The translations under genes and the position numbers were made by a program. Shown here piece by piece: positions 52,812 through 62,374 of a stretch of DNA of 64,000 bases. How positions within the stretch are numbered: position 1 is the stretch's first letter; each line of letters starts with the position of its first letter. The stretch is taken from the NCBI GenBank assembly GCA_001789555.1, contig MFZZ01000042.1:11244-75243 (forward strand), given 5' to 3'. This DNA is from Candidatus Roizmanbacteria bacterium RIFCSPHIGHO2_12_FULL_38_13 (GTDB lineage Bacteria; Patescibacteriota; Microgenomatia; UBA1406; GWC2-37-13). Below the pieces are notes generated by a model. The model was not told the origin of the DNA. It ran no database searches and saw nothing but the letters and a program-made list of their open reading frames with translations.

Positions 52812-53631
52812 CTTTTTGTTTTAGGACAGACTCACCTTTTCTGAAAAATACCCACCAGGTCATGAAGAATACGTATACCGAATAAAACATTATCTGAATG
52901 TAATCCATCTTTTGGGTAATGCCAAATAGCGCTTTTAGCATATCTGCAGTGAATGTTCCTTTGGCAGGTAGGAAGCCAAAAACCATTTTACCAAGCTCCG
53001 GTACAAAACCTATTTCGGCAAATTCGTGAACTCCCCGTCCCAAAAGTCCGGCTGCAAACAGGATAAGTAGTATACTTGTCAATCTAAAAGCTTGATATAC
53101 CGGCAGTTTGACTGTAGCTGTAAACAAACCATAAGTTAGTATTAGTCCGCCAATTGTACCGAGTACAAAACCTGTCAAAATACGCTCCGGGCTTGAAGAA
53201 AAATAAATGGTTGATAGGAAAAGTACGATCTCAAATCCTTCCCGAAATACAGAAGTAAATACCAGAACAAATAATCCTTTTTGTTCCTGTCTTTCAACGG
53301 TATTTTTGATTTTTTGTAAAAGACGTGCTTTGTAGGCTCCAAAATAATTGTGTAAGAAGAAGACAGCCCAAGTGATAAAGATCGCTGTTGTCACCATGAG
53401 GGTCCCTTCGATGAGTGCCTCATGTAGTTCAAAGACTTCCTGTACCTTTATTCCAAGAATAGTTCCAAATACCAGTAGCATGACACTTAAAAGAGCGGCG
53501 GCACCGGTTGCCAGCCAAACAGTTTTCAGCTGTTTCTTTTGATTTAGTTTGACAAGAATGCCGGCGATAGTGGCCACTATTAAGGATGCCTCAATAATCT
53601 CGCGAAATGTAATCAAAAATGACGGGATCAT
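52804..53631 (-). CDS. FTR1-family iron permease
   Basis: Two REGxE-type motifs (FREIIEASL and FREGFEIVLF) inside transmembrane helices. Confidence 0.75.
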   Translation of the reverse strand: MIPSFLITFREIIEASLIVATIAGILVKLNQKKQLKTVWLATGAAALLSVMLLVFGTILGIKVQEVFELHEALIEGTLMVTTAIFITWAVFFLHNYFGAYKARLLQKIKNTVERQEQKGLFVLVFTSVFREGFEIVLFLSTIYFSSSPERILTGFVLGTIGGLILTYGLFTATVKLPVYQAFRLTSILLILFAAGLLGRGVHEFAEIGFVPELGKMVFGFLPAKGTFTADMLKALFGITQKMDYIQIMFYSVYVFFMTWWVFFRKGESVLKQKAN

Positions 53632-53688
53632 AGATGGTAATTATAATTTATAAACAAATAAAAAGTAATCTGCAAAATAAATGCTTTT

Positions 53689-54318
53689 TTATTTAGATTT
53701 GTCCAGAAGAATAACCACATTAACATCTTGCGTTTGCGGGAAATAACGATAATACTCGCTAATACTTGATAGATACTCTGTTGTAATGACTGAAATCGTA
53801 TTATCAACCATCTTCTTAATTTTTTCCAAACTATCACGAGCTGACACCGGAGTAGCAAAAACTATTTTTTTAGTTTTTTTAGTTTTTACGTACGGTATTG
53901 CTGCCTTTGCAGTAGCGCCGGTTGCTAAGCCGTCATCGACAATAATCACAGTTTTGTTTTTAAGAGATTTTATCTTTTTTCCTTTCCGATAATAATTCAC
54001 TCGACGTTTTAGTTCTTTTTTTTCTATTGCAATTGCATCCTCAAGTGTTTTTTGAGGAATATTCAGTGAATTTATTGTGTCTTCATCTATAAAGATAACA
54101 TTGTCTTCTGTTATCGCTCCTATGGCAAACTCGCGGTTATGAGGCGCGCCAAGCTTACGAACTACCAAAACTTCAAGCGAGGATTTCAGTATCTTTGCAA
54201 CTTCGTAACCAACTTCGACGCCACCTCGAGGTAAAGCCAGTACAACAGGATTATCTTTCTTGTATTTCAGAAGTTTTTTTCCTAGTTTTCTCCCTGCGTC
54301 AGCGCGATCTTCAAACAT
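53689..54318 (-). CDS. phosphoribosyltransferase-family protein
   Basis: VIIVDDGLATGATAKA PRPP-binding loop. Confidence 0.75.
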   Translation of the reverse strand: MFEDRADAGRKLGKKLLKYKKDNPVVLALPRGGVEVGYEVAKILKSSLEVLVVRKLGAPHNREFAIGAITEDNVIFIDEDTINSLNIPQKTLEDAIAIEKKELKRRVNYYRKGKKIKSLKNKTVIIVDDGLATGATAKAAIPYVKTKKTKKIVFATPVSARDSLEKIKKMVDNTISVITTEYLSSISEYYRYFPQTQDVNVVILLDKSK

Positions 54319-54332
54319 GGTAGGGATTTTTA

Positions 54333-55334
54333 TTAAGAATTAACAACATTGATTGGGGTGTTGTTTATAAATCCTTGAATATTTTTTATTGTTGTATGTG
54401 CTATACGATTTAAGGCCTCGACACTATTGAAGGCATTGTGAGGTGTTATAAGAACATGCGGATGATTTATAAGAATATGGTTTAAAACCAAAGTCTTAAA
54501 ATCGGTTTTTTCACGGAAGCGTTCGGAGAGGATCTGCGCTTCTTCATTTAGCTCTTTTTCTTCCTCAAGTACGTCAAGAGCTACCCCTGCAACGATGTTT
54601 TTCTCAAGCGCCATCATCAGCGCTTCGGTGTCGATTAGTCCACCCCGGGCGGTGTTTATGAGATAACTGCCTTTTTTGAGCAGCACAATATTGTTTTTAT
54701 TAATTGTATGCTTTGTGGCCTCGTTTAAAGGCAGGTGTAAGGTTACGATATCAGAGGTGCGCAGTAAAGTTTCCAGATCTGTATATGAAAACTGATATTT
54801 TTGGCTTAATTCATCGGATTTTGACCTGGTATTTACCAAAATTTTCATACCAAAGCCATGAGCAATTCGCAGTACATTAACCCCAATTTTTCCTAAGCCG
54901 ATTATACCAATAGTCTTATCGTAAAGATCGATCCCTCTTATTTGCGAATGATCAAAGTTGAGCTGTTTGGCCTGGTTTACAGATTGATAAATTTTTCTGG
55001 TTAGGTTGAGAATGAGAGCAAATGTATGTTCTGCCACAGTATTACTACCATACTCTGGGACATTGGCAACGACAATATTGTTCTTTTTACAATACTCAAT
55101 ATCTATATGATCAAAACCAGTTGATCTCGTTGCTATAAATTTTAACTTTTGTAATTTTTGTAGCACTTCCGAGGACAGATTTGAGTAAACAAACGACGAA
55201 AGAAGTTCAACATCAGCAAACTGGCCGGCATTGTCGACGTCAATTTTTTCTTTAATTAATTGGCTATCAGGAAAGTCGTTTCTAAGAAGGTTTTCTTCCC
55301 AGTCTTGGACTTCAAAAAAAACAGTTTTTGTCAT
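54333..55334 (-). CDS. D-isomer-specific 2-hydroxyacid dehydrogenase
   Basis: GIIGLGKIGVNV NAD-binding loop, NTARGGLID, and HVLITPHNAF. Confidence 0.85.
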   Translation of the reverse strand: MTKTVFFEVQDWEENLLRNDFPDSQLIKEKIDVDNAGQFADVELLSSFVYSNLSSEVLQKLQKLKFIATRSTGFDHIDIEYCKKNNIVVANVPEYGSNTVAEHTFALILNLTRKIYQSVNQAKQLNFDHSQIRGIDLYDKTIGIIGLGKIGVNVLRIAHGFGMKILVNTRSKSDELSQKYQFSYTDLETLLRTSDIVTLHLPLNEATKHTINKNNIVLLKKGSYLINTARGGLIDTEALMMALEKNIVAGVALDVLEEEKELNEEAQILSERFREKTDFKTLVLNHILINHPHVLITPHNAFNSVEALNRIAHTTIKNIQGFINNTPINVVNS

Positions 55335-55340
55335 AGAATA

Positions 55341-55694
55341 TTATTTTCTTCTTGAACCATTAAAAATGTAAGCTACAATTCCAAGAACCAGCGCGACTAA
55401 AAGAATATCAGAAAACCCAACTATTGTAATAATGCCAAAAAAAGATAGTAGCCACAGCAGCAAAATGATAGTGGCAAGACCACGAAAAGGCCAAGGCAGA
55501 ATTTCGATGACCCATAAAATAAGCAAGAATGCCAAGAGATCATACAGACTTATCGTTTTACCAAACAGCTCAAATAAAGCAATATCACGTATAGCAATAT
55601 AGGGTACTTTAACATACCCCAAAGAAACAACTAGAAGTAGAAAAATAAGTAAAATGCCTAACATTTCAATACTATTATATCGTATAAAGTTCAA
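55341..55694 (-). CDS. small membrane protein
   Basis: 117 aa with four hydrophobic segments. Confidence 0.4.
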   Translation of the reverse strand: MNFIRYNSIEMLGILLIFLLLVVSLGYVKVPYIAIRDIALFELFGKTISLYDLLAFLLILWVIEILPWPFRGLATIILLLWLLSFFGIITIVGFSDILLVALVLGIVAYIFNGSRRK

Positions 55695-55736
55695 CTCGTA
55701 ATGCTAACAGAAAATTTTTATGGTATTCTAAAAATT

Positions 55737-56075
55737 ATGAAAATCGTAGTCAAACTCTTGGTGAATTCGCTGGCGGTTGCAATAACTGCATACCTCCTTC
55801 AGGCCGGAGTCACTATTGACAGTTTTTTTACCGCCGTGGTCGTTGCAGTCGTTTTAGGCGTCATTAATACATTTATCAAACCGATCATCATCTTACTTAC
55901 ATTGCCAATTAATCTAATCACACTTGGACTTTTTACCTTTGTTATTAACGGTTTATTTATCCTTCTTGTGAGTAGTGTGGTTGCAGGATTTGATGTCCGC
56001 AACTTTTGGTGGGCGGTGCTTTTTGGTATTGTCCTTGCAATCATAAATTCGGTACTGAATATGTTTTCGAAGTGA
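55737..56075 (+). CDS. four-TM holin-superfamily-IV-like membrane protein (YvlD-type)
   Basis: LLVNSLAVAITAYLL...GVINTFIKPIIILLTLPINLITLGLFTFVINGL matches this family pattern. Confidence 0.6.
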   Translation: MKIVVKLLVNSLAVAITAYLLQAGVTIDSFFTAVVVAVVLGVINTFIKPIIILLTLPINLITLGLFTFVINGLFILLVSSVVAGFDVRNFWWAVLFGIVLAIINSVLNMFSK

Positions 56076-56105
56076 CCATCTGCTTGAGGTATAATGTAAC
56101 TCACC

Positions 56106-57329
56106 ATGACCGACTCGATTTTATGTCCAAATTGTAAACATAGCATACCGCTTTCTGAAGCAATCACTCATCAACTTGGCGAAAAATACCAAAAAGAAAT
56201 TGATGATGTAAAAAGAAAAGCTTTAGAAGAAAGAGACAGGCTGATTGTCTTAAGTAAAAAACGCATAGAGGAAGAGCGTGCCAAAGCAACAAAAGAAGCC
56301 GAAGCCACTCTTCGTAAAAAAATTGCCGAAGAAATGGAGTTTAAGCTTAAAAATTCACAAAACGAGATTGAAGAACTTAAAAAAAACAACAACAGACTTC
56401 ATGAACAACTTTTGGAACTCAATAAAACTTTGAGGCAGCTTCAGACTCAAATGCGTGAAAAAGAGATCGAGATGGCAAAAAAGATGAATGAAGAGCAGGC
56501 AAAAATCAGAGAAGATGAGCATAAACGTATTGAGGAGGAGTACAAATTGAAAAATCTTGAAAAAGATAAAAAACTCACGGATGCCCTGAAAGCCAACGAA
56601 GATCTGCGAAGAAAGCTAGAGCAAGGCTCGCAACAGATGCAAGGTGAGGTGATGGAGCTTGCAGTTGAAAATATGTTGAAAAAAGAGTTTCCGGTTGACG
56701 ATGTTAAACCTGTCCCTAAAGGTGTGACTGGTGCAGATATCATCCAAACAATCAAAATCTCAAACGGAAAAAAAGTTGGCATGATCATTTGGGAAACAAA
56801 AAGAACCAAATCATGGAGTCCGTCATGGATCGAAAAACTCAAAAGCGACCAGCGTACATTGCATGCAGAGATTGCCGTAATCATCACCGAAAGACTGCCA
56901 GACGGTATAAAAAAATTCGGTACCATTCAGGGTGTTTGGGTTTGTGAGTTTGACACAATGATAGGTCTAGCACATGCACTGCGTTCACAATTAGTTGAAA
57001 TAGCTTCTTTACGGGTGATGCAGGTCGATCATGAAAGCAAGAAAGAGATGCTATATCAGTACGTTATGAGTGTTGAGTTTCAACATCGCATGCAGGCTCT
57101 GGTTGAGGCATTTACCAATATCCAGCAGGAAATTGAGCGAGAAAAGCGCTGGTTTGCCCAAAAGTGGGCTCGCGAAGATAAGAATTTAAGAAAATTTTTT
57201 GATAACACACATGGCCTGCGCGGGGAGTTACAAAGCATAATGGGCAAAGTTCTCTCTGAAATTGACGATAAAGAGTTATTGGTTGATGGTACGGAAAAAA
57301 ATGATGATGAAAATAGTACACTTTTTTAA
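56106..57329 (+). CDS. DUF2130-like protein: zinc ribbon, long coiled coil, PD-(D/E)xK-like C-terminal domain
   Basis: N-terminal CPNCKHSIPLSEA, about 170 aa of heptad-rich E/K sequence, then GADIIQTI...MIIWETKRTKSW (D...ExK). Confidence 0.6.
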   Translation: MTDSILCPNCKHSIPLSEAITHQLGEKYQKEIDDVKRKALEERDRLIVLSKKRIEEERAKATKEAEATLRKKIAEEMEFKLKNSQNEIEELKKNNNRLHEQLLELNKTLRQLQTQMREKEIEMAKKMNEEQAKIREDEHKRIEEEYKLKNLEKDKKLTDALKANEDLRRKLEQGSQQMQGEVMELAVENMLKKEFPVDDVKPVPKGVTGADIIQTIKISNGKKVGMIIWETKRTKSWSPSWIEKLKSDQRTLHAEIAVIITERLPDGIKKFGTIQGVWVCEFDTMIGLAHALRSQLVEIASLRVMQVDHESKKEMLYQYVMSVEFQHRMQALVEAFTNIQQEIEREKRWFAQKWAREDKNLRKFFDNTHGLRGELQSIMGKVLSEIDDKELLVDGTEKNDDENSTLF

Positions 57330-57341
57330 AGATAAATTTAT

Positions 57342-57947
57342 ATGAAAGAATCAAAAGATTTAAACAATCTTCAGATATTGTCTCGTTTCGTCATTTTTTT
57401 ACCGCTGATTATTGTCATAATTTTTGTATTCATCAACTTAGGAAAACAGCAAAGAAACTACGGTGCGATCACACCGTCACCGACTATCTATCAAAATCCT
57501 TCAGAAAATATTTTTGGCGATTCGGAAAACTCCACAACCACCCGCGATAAATTTGATCTTAACGGACCATCTATCTGTAGTTACAAAGGTGAAGATACAG
57601 ATACAACCGCTTATATCAAAAATAAAAATATCTATGCAAAACAAATCTCTGTAAAAAAAACAACAGAGTTTTTACTTAAAGGTGATTGTGTTTACATCTG
57701 GGAAAAAGATTCGTCTGAAGGCCAAAAGATTTGTGGGGTTTCGCAGTATTTGGACTTGGTTAATATATTTGGTTCGAGTTCATTTTTTGATCTAAAAACT
57801 CTAATTCCAAAATTGCTTGGTGATAAATCGGGTGTCGAAGTTCCGGAAAAAGTTCCAGATTTTGATAAGGTTTGTAAAGAAGGTGAGGTGGATGAACAAC
57901 TATTTGAGATTCCAATAAATATTGATTTTAAAGTTCAAGAACAATAA
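57342..57947 (+). CDS. membrane-anchored hypothetical protein
   Basis: 201 aa with one N-terminal transmembrane segment. Confidence 0.45.
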   Translation: MKESKDLNNLQILSRFVIFLPLIIVIIFVFINLGKQQRNYGAITPSPTIYQNPSENIFGDSENSTTTRDKFDLNGPSICSYKGEDTDTTAYIKNKNIYAKQISVKKTTEFLLKGDCVYIWEKDSSEGQKICGVSQYLDLVNIFGSSSFFDLKTLIPKLLGDKSGVEVPEKVPDFDKVCKEGEVDEQLFEIPINIDFKVQEQ

Positions 57948-58094
57948 ATATCGCTTGTAACCGAAAATTTACTCGCTTTCTAGCAATGATCTCATCAAAG
58001 CTTATATAGGCGGTATTTTGGTATGTTGCAGAAATCTCGTAAATTTTGGTTACTTCGCTTCGGATTGTTAAATTATTTTTTTTCCAAAAAAAAT

Positions 58095-58215
58095 GCCTGG
58101 CTACGACCTACTTTCCCCGTTCTCCGATTTGGAGCGAGTATCATCGGCGCTAACTCGTTTCAAGACCCTGTTCGGTATGAGAAGGGTTGGTGCCAAGTCG
58201 CTTAGATAACCAGAC
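58095..58215 (-). rRNA. rrf: 5S ribosomal RNA
   Basis: The reverse complement reads GTCTGGTTATC...CCGAACAGGGTCTTGAAACGAGTTAGCGCCGATGATACT...GGGGAAAGTAGGTCGTAGCCAGGC. Helix I pairs GTCTGGTTA with TAGCCAGGC, and a T-run follows. Confidence 0.85.
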
Positions 58216-58279
58216 GAATGTTATTATATATTAGGCTTGAGGCTGTTTCAAGTCCATGATTTTGCTATAATGTTTCCAG

Positions 58280-58831
58280 ATGGAACCACAACCGGGAGGA
58301 AACTCGACAAATTTTTCACATTCATTTCTGATGAGGCCAAATGTTCGCTTCGAAACACAGCACAAGGGTGAACAAGTCATCTTGGTCGTTCGCAGACATC
58401 CTTTGACTCAACTTTCATGGATTATTAATTCTATTTTTCTAGTGATTATTTCTTTTTTCTTATCTTTTTTTATATTTCCAACGTTTTTTGAAGCGCGCTT
58501 CAGCAGTGTTTTTTTCCTATTTGCAGTATTTTTTACCTTTAGCTATATCTGGATAAATTTTTTACTTTGGTATTTTACTGTTGGAATTGTCACAAATGAA
58601 CGTATTATCGATCTTGATTTTTTTAATGTTCTTTACAAAGAGTTTACTGCAACAACGATATCGCAGGTCAGTGAAATTACGACTAACATAGCCGGTTTTT
58701 TTGGCTCGATTTTTCACTATGGAGATGTATTTATTAAAACACAAGGATTTCAACAGAATATCGAGTTTGAACTTGTGCCTCGACCATCTGAAGTGGTACG
58801 TATTATCAATCAGCTTATGGGTCGACGCTAA
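58280..58831 (+). CDS. membrane protein (bacterial PH-domain/YdbT-like topology)
   Basis: Two transmembrane segments after VVRRHPLTQLSW, then a beta-rich C-terminus. Confidence 0.4.
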   Translation: MEPQPGGNSTNFSHSFLMRPNVRFETQHKGEQVILVVRRHPLTQLSWIINSIFLVIISFFLSFFIFPTFFEARFSSVFFLFAVFFTFSYIWINFLLWYFTVGIVTNERIIDLDFFNVLYKEFTATTISQVSEITTNIAGFFGSIFHYGDVFIKTQGFQQNIEFELVPRPSEVVRIINQLMGRR

Positions 58832-58840
58832 TTAAAGATT

Positions 58841-59083
58841 ATGGAAAACATTATCAATTTTTTTACATCGACCGATTCAAACACTATTCTGATGTTATTT
58901 TTTAAGGCTTTTGCCGTCTTGTTTTCTCTAATGTATTTATTGTATGCTATAGTATTGACGCGCCAGACGCAGATTATGAACCGGACGGTGACGACGCAGT
59001 CCGCACCTGTATTATTGGCGTTTTCAGCAGTGCAAATCATTTTTGCACTTTTTTTGATTTTTGTTTCATTTGTATTAATCTAA
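58841..59083 (+). CDS. small membrane protein
   Basis: 80 aa with two hydrophobic segments. Confidence 0.35.
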   Translation: MENIINFFTSTDSNTILMLFFKAFAVLFSLMYLLYAIVLTRQTQIMNRTVTTQSAPVLLAFSAVQIIFALFLIFVSFVLI

Positions 59084-59097
59084 AAATACGAGCTTTT

Positions 59098-60927
59098 ATG
59101 ACTTCGCAAGTTGCTGGGTACATCGGAAAACAGTTTGAAAACGGTTTTGTTGGATATCTTACCGAAGCTAATTTTTTTGCTACTTTATCCCTTGAAGAAG
59201 GTGTTACGGCAGATGAAGGAAAAAAATTTCTTGATGATTTTAAACAAGCTTTATTGCAAGCAAGCATCAACAATCTGTCGGAGTTTGAATCTGGTTTGAG
59301 CGGGATCATCGTCAAGCTGAATTTTCCCGCTCATTTTAGTTTGGCTGCAGGATATATAAATCAAAACGTATTATATGTCAAAACTGTCGGCAAAGGTCAG
59401 ATTTATTATCGTCGCGGTAATGAGTTCGATTTGCTGATGGATGGCGATAAAAGTGCCTCCGGTTATGTTCAAGAGTACGACTGTGCCATATTCACTACGC
59501 TTAACTCCAGAGAGCAGATTGGAGAGGAAACTGATATGAAGGCGTTTATAGATATGAGTCCGCCGCATGATATTGTAGAAAAACTAAAAAATGAGAAGTA
59601 CGAAGAACACGGGACGGGATTTGTCGCTTTATTTGTTGAGTTTACTTCCCAAGCTGAAGCTGAAGTTAGTCCCCCTTCAACAACACTTGATCCATCAATC
59701 GCAACCGGGACGCCAACACAAGCAGTCTCAACTCCTCAAGCGCCAACTGTTCCTATCTCTGTTTCACCTGTTGCACCAACTCAACCACCTTCCGTCCAAC
59801 CACAAAGCAGTAATTTAACGGTACCTCAAGTACAGTTTTTTAAATCAAAAAAATTAACTATCGTTGCTGTCATCGCCATTTTTGTAATACTGGTTTGGAG
59901 TGTGGTTTTCGGTTATCAACGCAGAATAGCCGCGCAACTTCAAAAGCAGATAGAGACATCACAACAAAAGATAGGGGAATTACTTCAGAAATCTCGCGAT
60001 GAGGCATTTATCAACGTTGATCAGGCTGTCGTATATTTGGATCAGGCAAAAAATGAACTTGCCAGTTTAAAAAAACAAATTGGTACAACCCATGAGCAAG
60101 ATATCGTCGAGCTTGAAAAGAAAATTCAAGAAACAGAAGGTGCTATCATCAAACGTGAAGAAAAAACGTTTGAAGAGTTTTATGATCTAGCTCTCGAAGA
60201 CAAAGGCACCCAGGGTATTACTGCATATTTGGACGAAAATCAGTTAGCTATTCTTGATACCAAAAACAGCATGGTTTATGTCTTATCTCTTGACAAGAAA
60301 GCCATTACGAGCTACGCAGCTTCCGAGGTCAAAAATGGCTCACTGGTTGCACTGTATGATAATCAGGTTTTTTTCTTTTCACCGAAAAATGGAGTTTATA
60401 AATTTGCATCAGAAAGTAAAGCTGATCAGGTCATCAAGGCCGATTCAGATTGGGGCAGTATAGTTGACATGGAAGTCTATAATGGCAATATTTACCTTCT
60501 TGACAGTAAAAATGACGAAGTCTATAAATATTTGGTTGCAGAGTCGGGTTACTCCAACAAAACATCGTATTTTCAGTCCGGTCAATCGGTTGATCTTGAT
60601 AGCGCAGTTGATATGAGTATCGATTCTGCAATTTATATTGCCCAAAAAAACGATGTTCTCAAATATTTGAACGGCCAAAAAGATCCTTTTGACACAAAAT
60701 ATCCCGATCGCACACCCAATATTGACGGCATATACACAAATGCTGATCTTGAGCAGGTCTTTGTTTGGGACACCGGTGTAGGCATTCTTTATGTTGTTGA
60801 AAAAGACGGTAAGTACAACAGACAACTTGCCTCAAGTATCATCAGAAAAGCAAAAAAGATACTGATTTATGACAAACAGGCACTTGTGTTTGATGGAGCC
60901 AAACTATACTCGATCGCACTTAACTGA
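59098..60927 (+). CDS. single-pass membrane protein: cytoplasmic N-domain, P/T/Q linker, coiled coil, beta-propeller-like C-domain
   Basis: 609 aa with a transmembrane segment at KLTIVAVIAIFVILVWSVVF. Repeated ...VY.L... beta-strand units occur in the last ~230 aa. Confidence 0.45.
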   Translation: MTSQVAGYIGKQFENGFVGYLTEANFFATLSLEEGVTADEGKKFLDDFKQALLQASINNLSEFESGLSGIIVKLNFPAHFSLAAGYINQNVLYVKTVGKGQIYYRRGNEFDLLMDGDKSASGYVQEYDCAIFTTLNSREQIGEETDMKAFIDMSPPHDIVEKLKNEKYEEHGTGFVALFVEFTSQAEAEVSPPSTTLDPSIATGTPTQAVSTPQAPTVPISVSPVAPTQPPSVQPQSSNLTVPQVQFFKSKKLTIVAVIAIFVILVWSVVFGYQRRIAAQLQKQIETSQQKIGELLQKSRDEAFINVDQAVVYLDQAKNELASLKKQIGTTHEQDIVELEKKIQETEGAIIKREEKTFEEFYDLALEDKGTQGITAYLDENQLAILDTKNSMVYVLSLDKKAITSYAASEVKNGSLVALYDNQVFFFSPKNGVYKFASESKADQVIKADSDWGSIVDMEVYNGNIYLLDSKNDEVYKYLVAESGYSNKTSYFQSGQSVDLDSAVDMSIDSAIYIAQKNDVLKYLNGQKDPFDTKYPDRTPNIDGIYTNADLEQVFVWDTGVGILYVVEKDGKYNRQLASSIIRKAKKILIYDKQALVFDGAKLYSIALN

Positions 60928-60948
60928 TATAATGACTGTTAAACTTTT

Positions 60949-61500
60949 ATGAAACGGGATATTGACTACCCACTTATAACAAAGATCGTTAATCGAAACG
61001 AAAGAGGTCTTTATCAATTGTTTCAAAAATATCATTCTCCGGTTTATAACTTCGTTTACAAACAACTAAAGGACAAAGCTATAGCAGATGAACTTACCCA
61101 GGATATTTTTTTGAGCGTCATTGAAAGTTTGCGCGATTTTCGCTACCAGTGTTCGCTAAAAACTTTTATCTTCACAATAGCTAGAAACAAGATCATAGAT
61201 CATTTTAGAAAGAAAAAAATCAAACGCATTTTGTTTTCCGCACTACCACAGTTTGTGGTCGAAGGCTTGAACTCGGTTATGATCGATGACGAGCTTGAAA
61301 AAAAACAGATTCAACAAAATATTGAAGACACGTTTCATAAGCTTCCGCGTGATTATCAACTAATTTTACGACTCAAATATATTGAGGACAGATCGGTCCG
61401 ATCTATTGCCAAGCGTTTGGTGCGGACATTTAAATCGACCGAGAGTTTGCTTTTTCGCGCCAGAAGTGCTTTTAAACAGATTTACGATTCAATATCATAA
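60949..61500 (+). CDS. ECF-type RNA polymerase sigma-70 factor
   Basis: Region 2 (ELTQDIFLSVIESL, FIFTIARNKIIDHFRK) and region 4 (LKYIEDRSVRSIAKRL). Confidence 0.8.
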   Translation: MKRDIDYPLITKIVNRNERGLYQLFQKYHSPVYNFVYKQLKDKAIADELTQDIFLSVIESLRDFRYQCSLKTFIFTIARNKIIDHFRKKKIKRILFSALPQFVVEGLNSVMIDDELEKKQIQQNIEDTFHKLPRDYQLILRLKYIEDRSVRSIAKRLVRTFKSTESLLFRARSAFKQIYDSIS

Positions 61501-61505
61501 AAAAT

Positions 61506-61733
61506 ATGTATTACACAGAACTAAAAAACAGTTACCGCAAAATTTATAGCGTCGCTCCAAATGATTTAGGAAGCCACGGATTCACTTTTCTTTACAAACT
61601 ATTTACCAGACCGATCAAGGTAATGCCATTTTTATATATCATTCCGCTATCACTTGTTGGTGCTTTAATTTTGTATCTACTGCGTGGTGGGCTCGTCATA
61701 AGACTTGTCAATGTACTACAATATGGATTTTGA
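61506..61733 (+). CDS. small membrane protein (possible anti-sigma factor)
   Basis: 75 aa with one transmembrane segment, directly after the ECF sigma gene. Confidence 0.35.
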   Translation: MYYTELKNSYRKIYSVAPNDLGSHGFTFLYKLFTRPIKVMPFLYIIPLSLVGALILYLLRGGLVIRLVNVLQYGF

Positions 61734-62337
61734 AAAATTTTTTTCAGGACTTCTAGCTACTATTTATCTCTTTCTAAGAAGGATTGTTTTGCTTGTGTTT
61801 CTGCCTTACAAAACTATGCGTCACATCAGCGAAGAGAAGGATTTCGGACAGATAATATTGATCTTTATTACTATCGCATTCTATTTCTTTTTGGCAAACG
61901 GGTTAAGGGAGTATGATTATGAGCCGTTTGTGCTTTTTTTGATGACCGTTTTTCACTACATCGCAACCGTTATTTTCTTTTATCTATTTACAATGATGAT
62001 AGGGTCTCATGATGCTAAGTTACAGCCATTTCTTTTTACATTTGCCTACGCACTCATTCCGACCATTTTGTGGTTCAGTACCAATTCGGTGCTTTATGCT
62101 GTTTTGCCGCCGCCGCGGACCCTTTCCATATTGGGTAAAGCTTTCAGTATTTTATTTATCACTTTTTCAACTGCGGTTCTTATGTGGAAAATTATACTCA
62201 TGTATCTGGCGATTAGGTTTTCGACAAAACTGAATTTTTTTCAGATAGTCTATGTAGTTATACTTTATCTTATAGCCATACTGCCTTACTCAATCTTTTT
62301 ATACTCCCTTCGTTTCTTTCGAATACCTTTTTTATAA
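61723..62337 (+). CDS. polytopic membrane protein (Yip1-like topology)
   Basis: Five hydrophobic segments. Start moved to MDFEKFF. Confidence 0.4.
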   Translation: MDFEKFFSGLLATIYLFLRRIVLLVFLPYKTMRHISEEKDFGQIILIFITIAFYFFLANGLREYDYEPFVLFLMTVFHYIATVIFFYLFTMMIGSHDAKLQPFLFTFAYALIPTILWFSTNSVLYAVLPPPRTLSILGKAFSILFITFSTAVLMWKIILMYLAIRFSTKLNFFQIVYVVILYLIAILPYSIFLYSLRFFRIPFL

Positions 62338-62374
62338 AAAAATGATTTAAAGGTATTTTCCGACTGTAATTAAC

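Noticed and set aside
58023-58205. 60-aa plus-strand ORF.
   Set aside because: It lies almost entirely antisense to the 5S rRNA gene.
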